From Pristiophorus japonicus (lineage: Eukaryota), in assembly GCF_044704955.1 (NCBI RefSeq), contig NC_091999.1:58156001-58220000 (forward strand): a stretch of DNA of 64,000 nt, read 5' to 3'. A model generated the notes under the pieces. That model ran no database searches and was not told the DNA's origin. It worked only from the letters and a program-made list of their open reading frames with translations. This document shows, piece after piece, positions 12,204 through 22,039 of the stretch. The position numbers and the translations under genes are program-made. Within the stretch, counting starts at the first letter, position 1. Each line of letters opens with the position of its first letter.

Positions 12204-14341
12204 ATGGGAATACGAACGGCGCTACTCGTAATCTGGATAGCCCTGCGACATGCACGTACCCTGGGCAACACCGACGGACAGCAGAGCACGCTGGAAATAA
12301 ACAACTATATGAACTATGGAGTCTTGTTTAATTTAACGGCCGGAATGTGCATCCCAGCAGCCAAGGACTGGAGCAAGGACAGGACTTATTTTAATGCATG
12401 GTTACAAGTGAATCCTAATAAGAATCCTAATAAGAATAAGAGTATGTGTACAGTGCTCCACGGGTATAAGGAGCAGATGCATTAAACGGAGGGATGTCAA
12501 AGGGCCTGATGAATGTACTTTCGGCATTATTTGCGCGCCTCCGGGACAATCCCAGCAATCAGTCATCCGCAAGAAGGGAATGGGGCTGTGTGGGTATAAC
12601 GAGGAGGCGGGGGCGGCTGCAATATAATTGTATGTATGTTTCTCACCCCCTCCGACACCGCGCCCCATAAGAATCACTACATTGCCCGAAGAACTGCCTT
12701 GTCCCATAACTACTAAGGGACCAGAAAATGGGATTGCAATGTACAACGAAGGGGAATTATTGTATGATAATGTTAAACATGAAATTGTGCCTGTTCTGAT
12801 CAATATTTCAGGCATCCAGATGCCGGAATATTGTACCGAACAGTCAAGGAAGATGTACAATGTATTAAGTAAAGTCGTAATGCAGCAGGCTGCCGATGCC
12901 ATGGGTGCCAGTAAGTTCCGGGGACAGGGGTTAGCACCCAGGGTGAAGAGGGAAATAGTAAATGATGTTGCTACCGTTTTCAATACAGGAACCTCCGTAG
13001 TGAACTCGATAGACATACAAGGGCTAAATGAGAGGGTAGAACAGCTTAAAGGGGTGATGAAGGGGTTATTGGAGAGGGTGGAGCAAAACCAGGAAGACCA
13101 GGCCAACCTAGGAAAGGAGGGTGCCGAAATCCAGTTGGATGGCATCTCAGTCCTGGAAGCTCACGCTAAAACCATCAATCACCTCATTGATAGAGAACAA
13201 GAAGATACAATAAAGCAAAGACAGGGGCAACTCTGTCATGCTTATGGTCTGTGGATGGTGGGACAAATCCGCCACAACCTCGACCAGATCCAACGCGGGG
13301 AAGTACCCGATTGGATAGACAGTTCACATTTAGCTCAGTTGGCGAACCAAAGTGGGACACTGGATAATTGTACTCTGAAGGGACTGACCCGAGTATACCC
13401 CGCAATTCCAGATTGCCAGATGGGTAGGACTACAGGGATAGGGATAGTCCTGTTGATCCCTATAGCAACGCCGGACTCAGGGCCGTTCCCATTATACCAA
13501 CTAGAGAATATCGGAGTAATACGGGAAAATGTCTCCATACGCTACTACCTGACCACCACCTCTGCCGTTCGTCGAAACAACATACTTACTGGGATTTCCC
13601 TAGCAGATTGCAAGCAAAGGGGGGGAAATCACAGTATGCCCTCACCCGGTGGGCCGAGGTGAACTAGACGAGTGCGGGTTTAACCGAACCAACGGGTGTG
13701 TACTAGAAATAGTGCCCGCACACATGCACTTCGCGAGGGCAGGCTACGGAGGGAGGGGAAGATACTGCGTCTCTACTACTGAGAGTTCATACCAGTATAA
13801 TGACCTGCAGTGCCCTATACCGCAGCCAAACTTTTGCTTTACACCACTACGACCTGTCGCGATCGGGCAAGCGCATATCACCCAGGTTAGGCGCCGGAAG
13901 TCCGAAGTTATTGAAGTAGCTGATCAGCTCCATGATCATTTGCAGGATTATGACGAGCCAGAGCAAGTCCCTATCCCACATCTCACGGAGGTATTACGGG
14001 AGTTAAGGCTCAGAGTGGGGCAATCCGTAAAACTCTATCACCAGCTACAAACTAAAATCAAAGAACTGGAAGAAGATACCGAGGTAGACTTACAAAGTCA
14101 GAGTTGGTGGAGAAAGGTCTTGGACTGGGGAATAAATGTGAACATCCACCCATGGATCCGAATTATTTCACACACACTGGTCGGTATACAATTGATCTTA
14201 GCAATAACATGGGGCGTAATGGCCTGCCAGGCATGCAGACACCACGCACAACGAAGACGGACAAATCACCGTTCCCTGGATATTAAACAGGCCTGTTTGA
14301 TAAGGGGACGGGAGGAGCTAGCCTTTGTTAATTTGATTTAA
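12204..14341 (+). pseudogene. env: env, class I fusion glycoprotein with F-like layout; 2 frameshifts (~12430, ~13625) and 1 stop (12625)
   Basis: Signal peptide MGIRTALLVIWIAL; furin site RVKR|EIVNDV; long heptad region; Cys-rich domain (DCKQRG-EITVCP, ECGFNRTNGC, FCFTPL); second heptad region; WW; TM segment IISHTLVGIQLILAITWGVMA; splice-acceptor-like ttctgattttgcag at ~12116. Confidence 0.85.
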
Positions 14342-14467
14342 GCAAACGGAACTCCTGAAACCGCGTGACTGGCCAGCACGTTGAGGCAAGGATTACCGGG
14401 CAGTGCACAAATATCAGATAAAGGCAGTACGGTCGGTTAAAAGGGGACTAGGACTAGTCCCTTTACC

Positions 14468-14480
14468 GAAAGGGGGGAAT
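14468..14480 (+). promoter_or_regulatory. Polypurine tract of ERV-A
   Basis: gaaaggggggaat immediately before the 3' LTR TG. Confidence 0.9.
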
Positions 14481-15079
14481 TGTTGTAGAGAGTAGAAATA
14501 TATATAGACTTAGGCATTAGGCACCTGCTGGATATTTAAAACTCACATAAGCTTAAATGGACACACACATAAAATGGCTGCCCAGGCATTATGGGAAATC
14601 AGGTAGTCAAACTGTAAACTGTTGAACGTTCACTGACCGAGCAATAACCCTGTGAGGCCCACTGTAGGAATGCCTGGGAAGACAGAGATAAGAAGGAAAC
14701 CATCTCCTGTGAACAAGGCCATGAAACCAATTATTTCAGGAAGAAAGATAAGAGGGAAACCATTTGCTGTAAACAAGGCTATATACCAATTATTTCTCCC
14801 AGATGAAAGAACTAATTCTATTGGGTTAAAGAACCTATATGTAATCTATAATCGTTCTGATTGGCTTGTGTCCAGCCGTGATGGGCTGTGTAGCTGTAGT
14901 AAACTGTTTTGTAACTGTTGTGAAACATATAAAGGTGCATGTAATCCTTTGTTCTGTGGAGAGAAACCTGGATACGGTCCTGTGTGTTTCCTCCCCGCTG
15001 AGCGTTATTAAATACCGTCAGGCATTGGAACCGACCCTGAGTGTTGAGTGATTCTTCTAAGAAAACACTAACGCTAACA
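14481..15079 (+). repeat. ERV-A 3' LTR (599 bp)
   Basis: Matches the 5' LTR except for a 152-bp segment (14580-14731) and one substitution seen. Confidence 0.95.
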
Positions 15080-15260
15080 GGTGGATGTGAAAGTTCCCAG
15101 AGCTTTAGTCGAAAAAGAATAGGAGAGTTGCGCCCGTGTCAATATTATGAAAATTTTCGTAAATGCACCCTGAAATGCTCTGTGTCTGTGTGTCGCTGTG
15201 GGGGTGGAGCTGAAGCCCAGATTCTCACAGAGGCAGAGTCCAACCATCAACAGGATCAGG

Positions 15261-15344
15261 ACCAGGATGGCCGAGTGGTAAAGGCGTTGGATTTAAGATC
15301 CAATGGGGTATATACTCGCGTGGGTTCAAACCCCACTCCTGGTG
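15261..15344 (+). tRNA. tRNA-Leu(TAA), the best-preserved copy; discriminator base is G rather than A
   Basis: Acceptor ACCAGGA/TCCTGGT; anticodon stem TTGGA/TCCAA with TAA; variable arm GGGTA-TA-TACTC; T arm GTGGG-TTCAAAC-CCCAC; T5 run about 20 nt downstream. Confidence 0.8.
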
Positions 15345-16459
15345 ATTTCTTAATAAACAGAGATTTTTCCCATCCTGCCCAGTGATAACACGATTTTCAT
15401 CTGCTGAATCTCCAATTTTCTGCAACGATGTGACATTCTGAGCCGACAATGAAATGAAATTGTGAAATGTATCTGTGTTGCTCGGTCTCTGCCTCTCTCA
15501 CTCTCTTTAGAGAGCTGTGAATGTGTTTGAGTGTCTGCCTCTCTCTGACACACTCTCTCTGTCACTGGTTCTCTGTTTGTCTCTGTCTCTCAATCTGTCT
15601 CTTTCTCACGGTGTCTCGTTCTGTTGCAATGGGATTCTCTCAGACTCTCAGTCTGACTGCCAATCTCTGTCCCATTATATCTGTCTGTCCATGTCTTTGC
15701 CTGTCTCTGCTAATCCCTGTCTCGAACCAGAAAAGTATTTCCATTATGTTCTGTTTTTGTCTCTATGTTTCTCTCTCTATCTGTCTTTCTCGCTATCTGT
15801 CGCCCTCTTTGACTCTCTCTTTGTCCCTGTCCTTTTCTCTGTCATTCCATCACTATTTGCCTCCCTCCCTTTATGGAGCACGCAAATACATGTATTTGAG
15901 TCTTTTTCTCATTCAGTCTGATCCTCCCTTTCAGTCTCAAACTTTCTGTCTCTCTTTGTCTCTATCTCGCTGTCTATCTGTCCCCGTTTCCCTGTTTGTC
16001 TCTGGTTCTCAATGTGTCTGTCACTTTCTCACGGTGCCCAGTTCTGTTCGAATGGGATTCTCTCAGTCTCTCTGTCTGACTGTCTCACTCTTTCCCATCA
16101 TGTCTTTCTGTCTATGTTTCTGCCTATCTGTCTCTCTTTGACTGTCGCTGGTAGTTCCTGTCTCTAACCTGCTGAGTATTTCCATCATTTTCTGTTTATA
16201 TCTTTGTCTCTCTCTCGATCTGTCGCTCTCTCTCCTTGTCACTGTCTTTATCACTGTCTTTCTTTCACTCTTTCCCTCTCTCTCTTTATTGATCACACAC
16301 ATCTCTGTATATGTAGGTGTTTGAGTCTTTTTCTCAGAGTCTGCCTGACTTTTCAGTCTCACCCTTTCTGTCTCTCCCTGTTTGTCGGTTTGTCTCTGTC
16401 TCTCAATGTGTCTGTCGACTTCTGTTCGCAGCTCGATTACTGCTCTGACACAGCCCGTA

Positions 16460-16531
16460 CCTTCGTCCGTATAGTCGTGATTTTGCTCCCCTGTTCTGCA
16501 GGATAACCGGGTTCAATTCCCCGACGAAAAA
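16460..16531 (+). pseudogene. tRNA-Asp pseudogene, highly decayed
   Basis: cttcgtccgtatagtcgtga...ccgggttcaattccccgacg at the expected position in the unit. Confidence 0.65.
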
Positions 16532-16750
16532 GCAGTTTTTTCAAAATGTCTAATTTTACGTCTGTTTCTTGGTATAGATTCATATTAAAAAGTTCCAGAA
16601 CAATATAAAACAGTAAAAATACAGCAAGAGGAGATTGCCTCTTCCAGATTTTTTGCAAACGGAGACTTTTTCAGGATTCTGTGGCTGTCTGCTGCACAGA
16701 GATGGATGACTGAGTTTTTTCTGAGTAACATTTAAAGCGCCAGAGACGCA

Positions 16751-16832
16751 GTAATTGTGGCCGAGTGGTTAATGCGATGGTCTTGAAATCCTTTTGGTTT
16801 TCTGCGCTTAGGTTCGAATCCTGCCGACTGCA
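16751..16832 (+). pseudogene. tRNA-Ser(TGA)-like pseudogene
   Basis: gtaattgtggccgagtggttaatgcgatggtctTGAaatcc...ggttcgaatcctgccgactgca. Confidence 0.72.
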
Positions 16833-17347
16833 ATTTTCATTCGATCTTCCAATTTAACAAGGTTTTTGCAAAACTAATCCTGAGATAGGTGGAATAACGT
16901 CCCACATCTTTCAACACTGACATCTATTTCTCATTTTTATTAATCTGCAATATTCACGATACATACGGATAGAAAAAAGCAAACATCAGCCAAAGTAGCG
17001 ACAGTGACTCAGCCTGTCTATCCCTCGAGATGTCTAAGGCATCTGTGCATGTCCGTTGGTTGATGTATATTTTTGTTTATGCATGTATGTTTGTCTCTCT
17101 GTGACTGTCTATCTTTATATATGTCTCTGTGTATGTGCAACTGTCTGTGGAAATCATCACCATGAATTTGGTATGCCCTGGAACTTTTTAAAAAGACTTG
17201 GGGAAAATAATACAGTTGTGAACTTTGGTATCGGCTTTGATTCAGTGGCAGCATCCTCGATTGAAAAACGCAAAAGCCAGACAAAGTAGCGACAGTGACC
17301 CTGCCTTTCTATCCATCTATTTGTCTAAGGCAACCTGTGTATATCTT

Positions 17348-18068
17348 GATCTGGGTGTCATGGTACATCAGTCATTGAAAGTTGGTGTGCACGTGCAGCA
17401 GGCGGTGACGAAGGCAAATGGCATGTTCGCCTTCATAGCTAGGTGATTTGAGTGTAGGAGCAGGGAGGTTTTACTGCAGTTGTACAGGGCCTTGGTGAGG
17501 CCACACCTGGAATATTGTGTTCAGTTTTGGTCTCCAAATGTGAGGAAGGACGTCCTTGCTATTGAGGGAGTACAGCGAAGGTTCACCAGCATGATTCCCT
17601 GGATGGCAGGACTGACATAGGAAGAGAGATTGGATCAACTGGGCTGGTATCCACTGGAGTTTAGAAGAATGAGAGGGGATCTCATAGAAACAAATACAAT
17701 TCTGACGAAATTTGACAAGTGAGAGGCAGGACGAATGTTTCCGTTACTGGGGAGTTCGAGAACTAGGGGTCACAGTCTAAGAATAAGGGGTAAGCCATTT
17801 AGGACCGAGATGAGGAGAAACGTCTTCACTCAGAGAGTGGTTAACCTGTGGAATTCTCTGCCGCAGAAAGTTCTTGAGGCCAGTTAGTTAGATATATTCA
17901 AGAGGGAGTTAGATATGGCCCTTACGGCTCAAGGGTTCAAGGGGTATCGAGAGAAAGCAGGAAATGGGTACTGAGGTTGAATGATCAGCCATGATCTTAA
18001 AGAATGGTGGTGCAGGCTCGAAGGGCCGAATGGCCTGCTACTGCAACTAATTTCTATGTTTCTATGTT
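17348..18068 (+). mobile_element. CR1 LINE 3' fragment (duplicate of 8050-8762 with the same flanks)
   Basis: Same 5' junction gcaacctgtgtatatctt|gatctg and same 3' tail. Confidence 0.9.
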
Positions 18069-18242
18069 TTTTTGTTGATGCTTGTATATTCTTGGTTATT
18101 GTGTGTGCGCGTGTCTGCGTATGTCTATCTGTATGTATGTCTCTGTGTCTGTGCAACTGTCTGTAGAAATCATCACCATGAATTTGGTATGTCCTGGAAA
18201 TTTTTTAATAACTTGGGGAAAATAATAAGGTTTTGATCTTTG

Positions 18243-18497
18243 GTATCGGCCTTGGTTCATTGGCTCCATTCTCGACTGAATCGGGAGGTTGTGTGTGTAT
18301 GTCCCACTCCTGAGACTTGAGCAGATAATCTTGGATGACACTCAAATGCAGTATTTGGGGAATTTTGCATTGTTGAAGCTGTTGACCATCGGCTGAAATG
18401 TTAAATTGAAGCACCGTCTGCAACCTCGGGTGGATGTGAAAGTTCCCAGAGCATTACACGAAAAAGAATAGGAGAGTTGCGCCCGTGGCAATATTAC
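18243..18497 (+). mobile_element. Degenerate DeuSINE, array unit copy
   Basis: Same head and Deu core; shares ttgaccatcggctgaaa with the 8928 copy. Confidence 0.7.
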
Positions 18498-18608
18498 TAA
18501 AATTTTTCGTAAATGCTCACTGAAACCCGATGTGTATGTGTGTGTGTTGTTGTGGGGGTGGAGCTGAAGGCCACATTCTCACAGAGACAGAATCCAAACG
18601 CTACAAAG

Positions 18609-18690
18609 ACCAGGATGGGCGCGTGGTTAAGGCGTTGGCCTTAAAATTCAATGGGTTTGTCCCACGTGGATTCGAACCCCAATCCAAGAA
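18609..18690 (+). pseudogene. tRNA-Leu(TAA) pseudogene
   Basis: accaggatgggcgcgtggttaaggcgttggccttaa...gattcgaaccccaatcc; acceptor 3' side lost. Confidence 0.75.
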
Positions 18691-19108
18691 TCTCTTTAAT
18701 TTAACAGAGATTTTTCCTATCCTGCCCAGTGATACCGGATTTTCATCTGTTGAATCTGTAACTCTGTGACACTCTGAGCCGATCATGAAATGAAATTGTG
18801 AAATGTAGCTGTGTATGTCAGTCTCTGCCTTTCTCTCTTTAGAGAGCTGCGTATGTGTTTGTGTGCTTGAGCCTTTGTCTCCCTCAGTCTTCCTCTCTCT
18901 GACTCACTCTGTCTGTGCCTGGTTCTCTGTTTGACTCTGTCTCTCAATCTGTCTCTTTCTCACGGTGTCCAGTTCTGTTCCAATGCGATTCTCTCAGACT
19001 CTCTGTCTGACTGTCTCTCTCTTTCCCATCATCCCTGTCCGTGACTTTGCCTGTCTCATTTTGTCCCTGTCTCTAATCTGATGAGTATTTCCATCATTTT
19101 CTGTTTTT

Positions 19109-20798
19109 GAAACATAGAAACATAGAAAATAACTGCAGGAGTAGGCCATTAGACCCTTCGAGCCTGCACCGCCATTGAATATGATCATGGCTGATCATTC
19201 CTTCAGTTACCCTTTCCTGTTTTTCTCTCCATACCACTTCATACACTTAACCGTAAGGACCATATCTAACTCCCTCTTGAATATATCCAATGAACTGGCT
19301 TCAACAACTCTCTGTGGCAGGGAATTTCACAGGTCAACAACTCTCTGAGTGAAGAAGTTTCCACTCATCTCACTGCTAAATGGCCTACCCCTTATCCTAA
19401 GACGATGTCACCTGTTTCTGGCTTCCCCAACATCGAGAACATTCTTCCCGAATCTAACCTGTGCAGTCCCGTCAGAATCTTCTATGATTCTATGAGATCC
19501 CCTCTCATCATTCTAAACGCCAGTGATTAAAGGCCGAGTTGATCCAATCTCTCCTCATATGACAGTCCTGCCATCCCTGGAATCAGTCTGGTGAACCTTC
19601 GCTACACTCCCTCAACAGCAAGAACGTCCTTCCTCAGACTTGGAGAGCAAAACTGAACACAATATTCCAGGTGTGTCCTCACTAAGGCCTTGTACAACTG
19701 CAGTAAGATCTCCTGGCTCCTATATTCAAATCCCCTAGCTACGAAGGCCAAAATACCATTTGCCTTCTTTACTGCCTGCTGTACCTGCATGCCCACTTTC
19801 AGTGACTGATGAACCATAACACCAAGGTCTCATTGCACCTCAAGTTTTTCTAGTCTTCCGCCATTCAGATAATATTCTGCCTTCGTGTTTTTGCCCCCAA
19901 AATGGATAACCTCACATTTATCCACATTATACTGCATCTGCCATGTATTTGCCCACTCACCTAATCTGTCCAATTCACCCTGCAGCCTCTTAGCGTCCTC
20001 CTCACAGCTCGTACCGCCACCCAGTTTAGTGTCATCCGAAAACTTGGAGATATTACACTCTATTCCTTCAACTAAATTGTTCATGTATATTGTAAAGAGC
20101 TTGAGTCCCAGCTCTGAGCCCTGCGGCACCCCACTAGTCACTTACTGCCAGTCTGAAAAGGACCCGTTTATCCCAATTCTCTGCTTCCTGTCTTCCAACC
20201 AGTTCTCTGTCAAATCAGTCCATTAATCCCAATACCATGCACTTTGATTTTGTGCACCAATCTCTTGTGCGGGACCTTGTCAAAAGCCTACTGAAAGTCC
20301 AAATACACCACATCCACTGGTTCTCCCTTGTCCACTCTACTCGTTACATCCTCAAAAAATTCCAGATTATTCGTCAAGCGTGATTTCACTTTCATAAATC
20401 CACGCTGACTCGGTCCGATCCTGTCACTGCTTTCCAAATGGGCTGCTATTTCATCCTTAATGATTGATTCCAACATTTTCCCCACTACTGATGTCAGGCT
20501 AACCGGTCTAGAATTACCCGCTTTCTCTCTCCCTCCTTTTTAAAAAAGTGCCATCACATTAGCTACACTCCAGTCCATAGGAACTGATCCAGAGTCGATA
20601 GATTGTTGGAAAATGATCACCAATGCATCCACTATTTCTAGGGCCACTTCCTTAAGTACTCTGGGATGCAGACTATCAGGACCCGGGGATTTATCGGCCT
20701 TTAATCCCATCAATTTCCCCAACACAATTTCCCGCCAATAAGGATATCTTTCAGTTCCTCATTCTCACGAGACCCACAGTCCCCTAGTACATTTGGAA
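19109..20798 (-). mobile_element. CR1 LINE, 5'-truncated RT region, disrupted
   Basis: KSPGPDSLHPRVLKE, VYLDFQ, SGVPQGS, SKFSDDTK; gaaacatagaaacatag tail. Confidence 0.93.
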
Positions 20799-21270
20799 AT
20801 TTCCAGTTGGATTCTCTCAGTCTCTCTGTATGACTGTCTCTCTCATTCCCGTCATCTCTGTCTGTCTATGTCTCTACCTGTCTGTCTCTATTTGCCTGTC
20901 TCTGTTAGTACCTGTCTCTAACCTGCTGAGTATTTCCATCATTTTCTGTTTATATCTCTGTATATCTCTCTATCTGTCGCTCACTCTTCATCTGTCTCTC
21001 TCCTTGTTACTGTCTTTATCACTGTCTTTCTCTCACTGTTTTCCTCTCTCTCTTTATATCTGTATGTGTGTGTGTTTGTGTCTTTTTCTCACTCAGTCTG
21101 CCTCTCCTTCTCAGTCTCACACTTTCTGTCTCACGTTGTCTCGATCTCGCTGTCTGTCTCTCCCTGTTTGTCGGTTTATCTCTGTCTCTCAATGTGCCTG
21201 TCTACTTCTCATGGTGTCCATTTCTGTTCTCAGCTCGATTCCTGCACTGACAGAATCCACACCCGTCAGC

Positions 21271-21342
21271 TCCTCATTCGTGTCTTAGTTAATATCCCTC
21301 TCTGTCACGCGCGAGGTAGGTGTTCAATTCGCCGACCAGGAT
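21271..21342 (+). pseudogene. tRNA-Asp(GTC) pseudogene
   Basis: tcctcattcg...ctGTCacgcg...gttcaattcgccgac. Confidence 0.65.
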
Positions 21343-21431
21343 GAAGCATTTTTAAAATGTTGAATATTACTTCTGTATGTCCTGATACTTTATAAAAAGA
21401 CTTGGGGAAAATAATACTGATGTGAACTTTG

Positions 21432-21687
21432 GTATCGGCTTTGGATCAATGGCAGCATTCTCGACTGAATAAGGAGGTTGTGTGTGTAAGTCCCACTACT
21501 GCGCCTTGAGCATATAATCTTGGCTGACACTCAAATGCAGTATTTGGGGAATTTTGTATTGTTGAAGCTGTTGACTTTCGGATAAAATGTTAAATTGAAG
21601 CTCCGTCTGCACCCTCGGGTGGATGTGAAAGTTCCCAGTGCATTACTCGAAAAAGAACAGGAGAGTTGCCCCTGTGTCAATATTACT
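21432..21687 (+). mobile_element. Degenerate DeuSINE, array unit copy
   Basis: Same head and Deu core. Confidence 0.7.
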
Positions 21688-21780
21688 ATAAATATTCGAA
21701 AATGCTCATTGAAAACCTGTGTCTGTGAGAGTGGAGCTGCAGCTAGATTCTCACAGAGACAAAATCCGAATATTGACAAA

Positions 21781-21865
21781 ACCAGGATGGCCGATTTGTG
21801 AAGGCATTGGACGGAAATTCCGATTGGGTTTATACCTGCGTGGGTTCGTAACCCCACTCCTGGTA
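21781..21865 (+). pseudogene. tRNA-Leu pseudogene
   Basis: accaggatggccga...gtgggttcgtaaccccactcctggta; anticodon arm decayed. Confidence 0.75.
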
Positions 21866-22039
21866 CATCTTTAAATTCACACCGATTTCCTCCCATCCTG
21901 CTCAGTTATACACGAATCTATTCTGTTGAATCTGCATTTGTTGATAACTTTGTAACATTCAAAGAAATGGGATTGTGCAATGTATCTGTGCCTCTCACTC
22001 TCTGTCTTTAGAGTGCTCTTCATGTGTTTGAGTCTGACT

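Larger units (their letters stand above)
9118..15079 (+). mobile_element. ERV-A: non-autonomous (pol-less) endogenous retrovirus/LTR element with an F-like env
   Basis: Two TG...CA LTRs, 4-bp TSD GGTG, Ser PBS, PPT and env; no RT or IN motifs in any frame. Confidence 0.92.

Noticed and set aside
12402-13145. 247-aa antisense ORF over env
   Set aside because: Shadow frame of the env coding strand with no recognisable motif.
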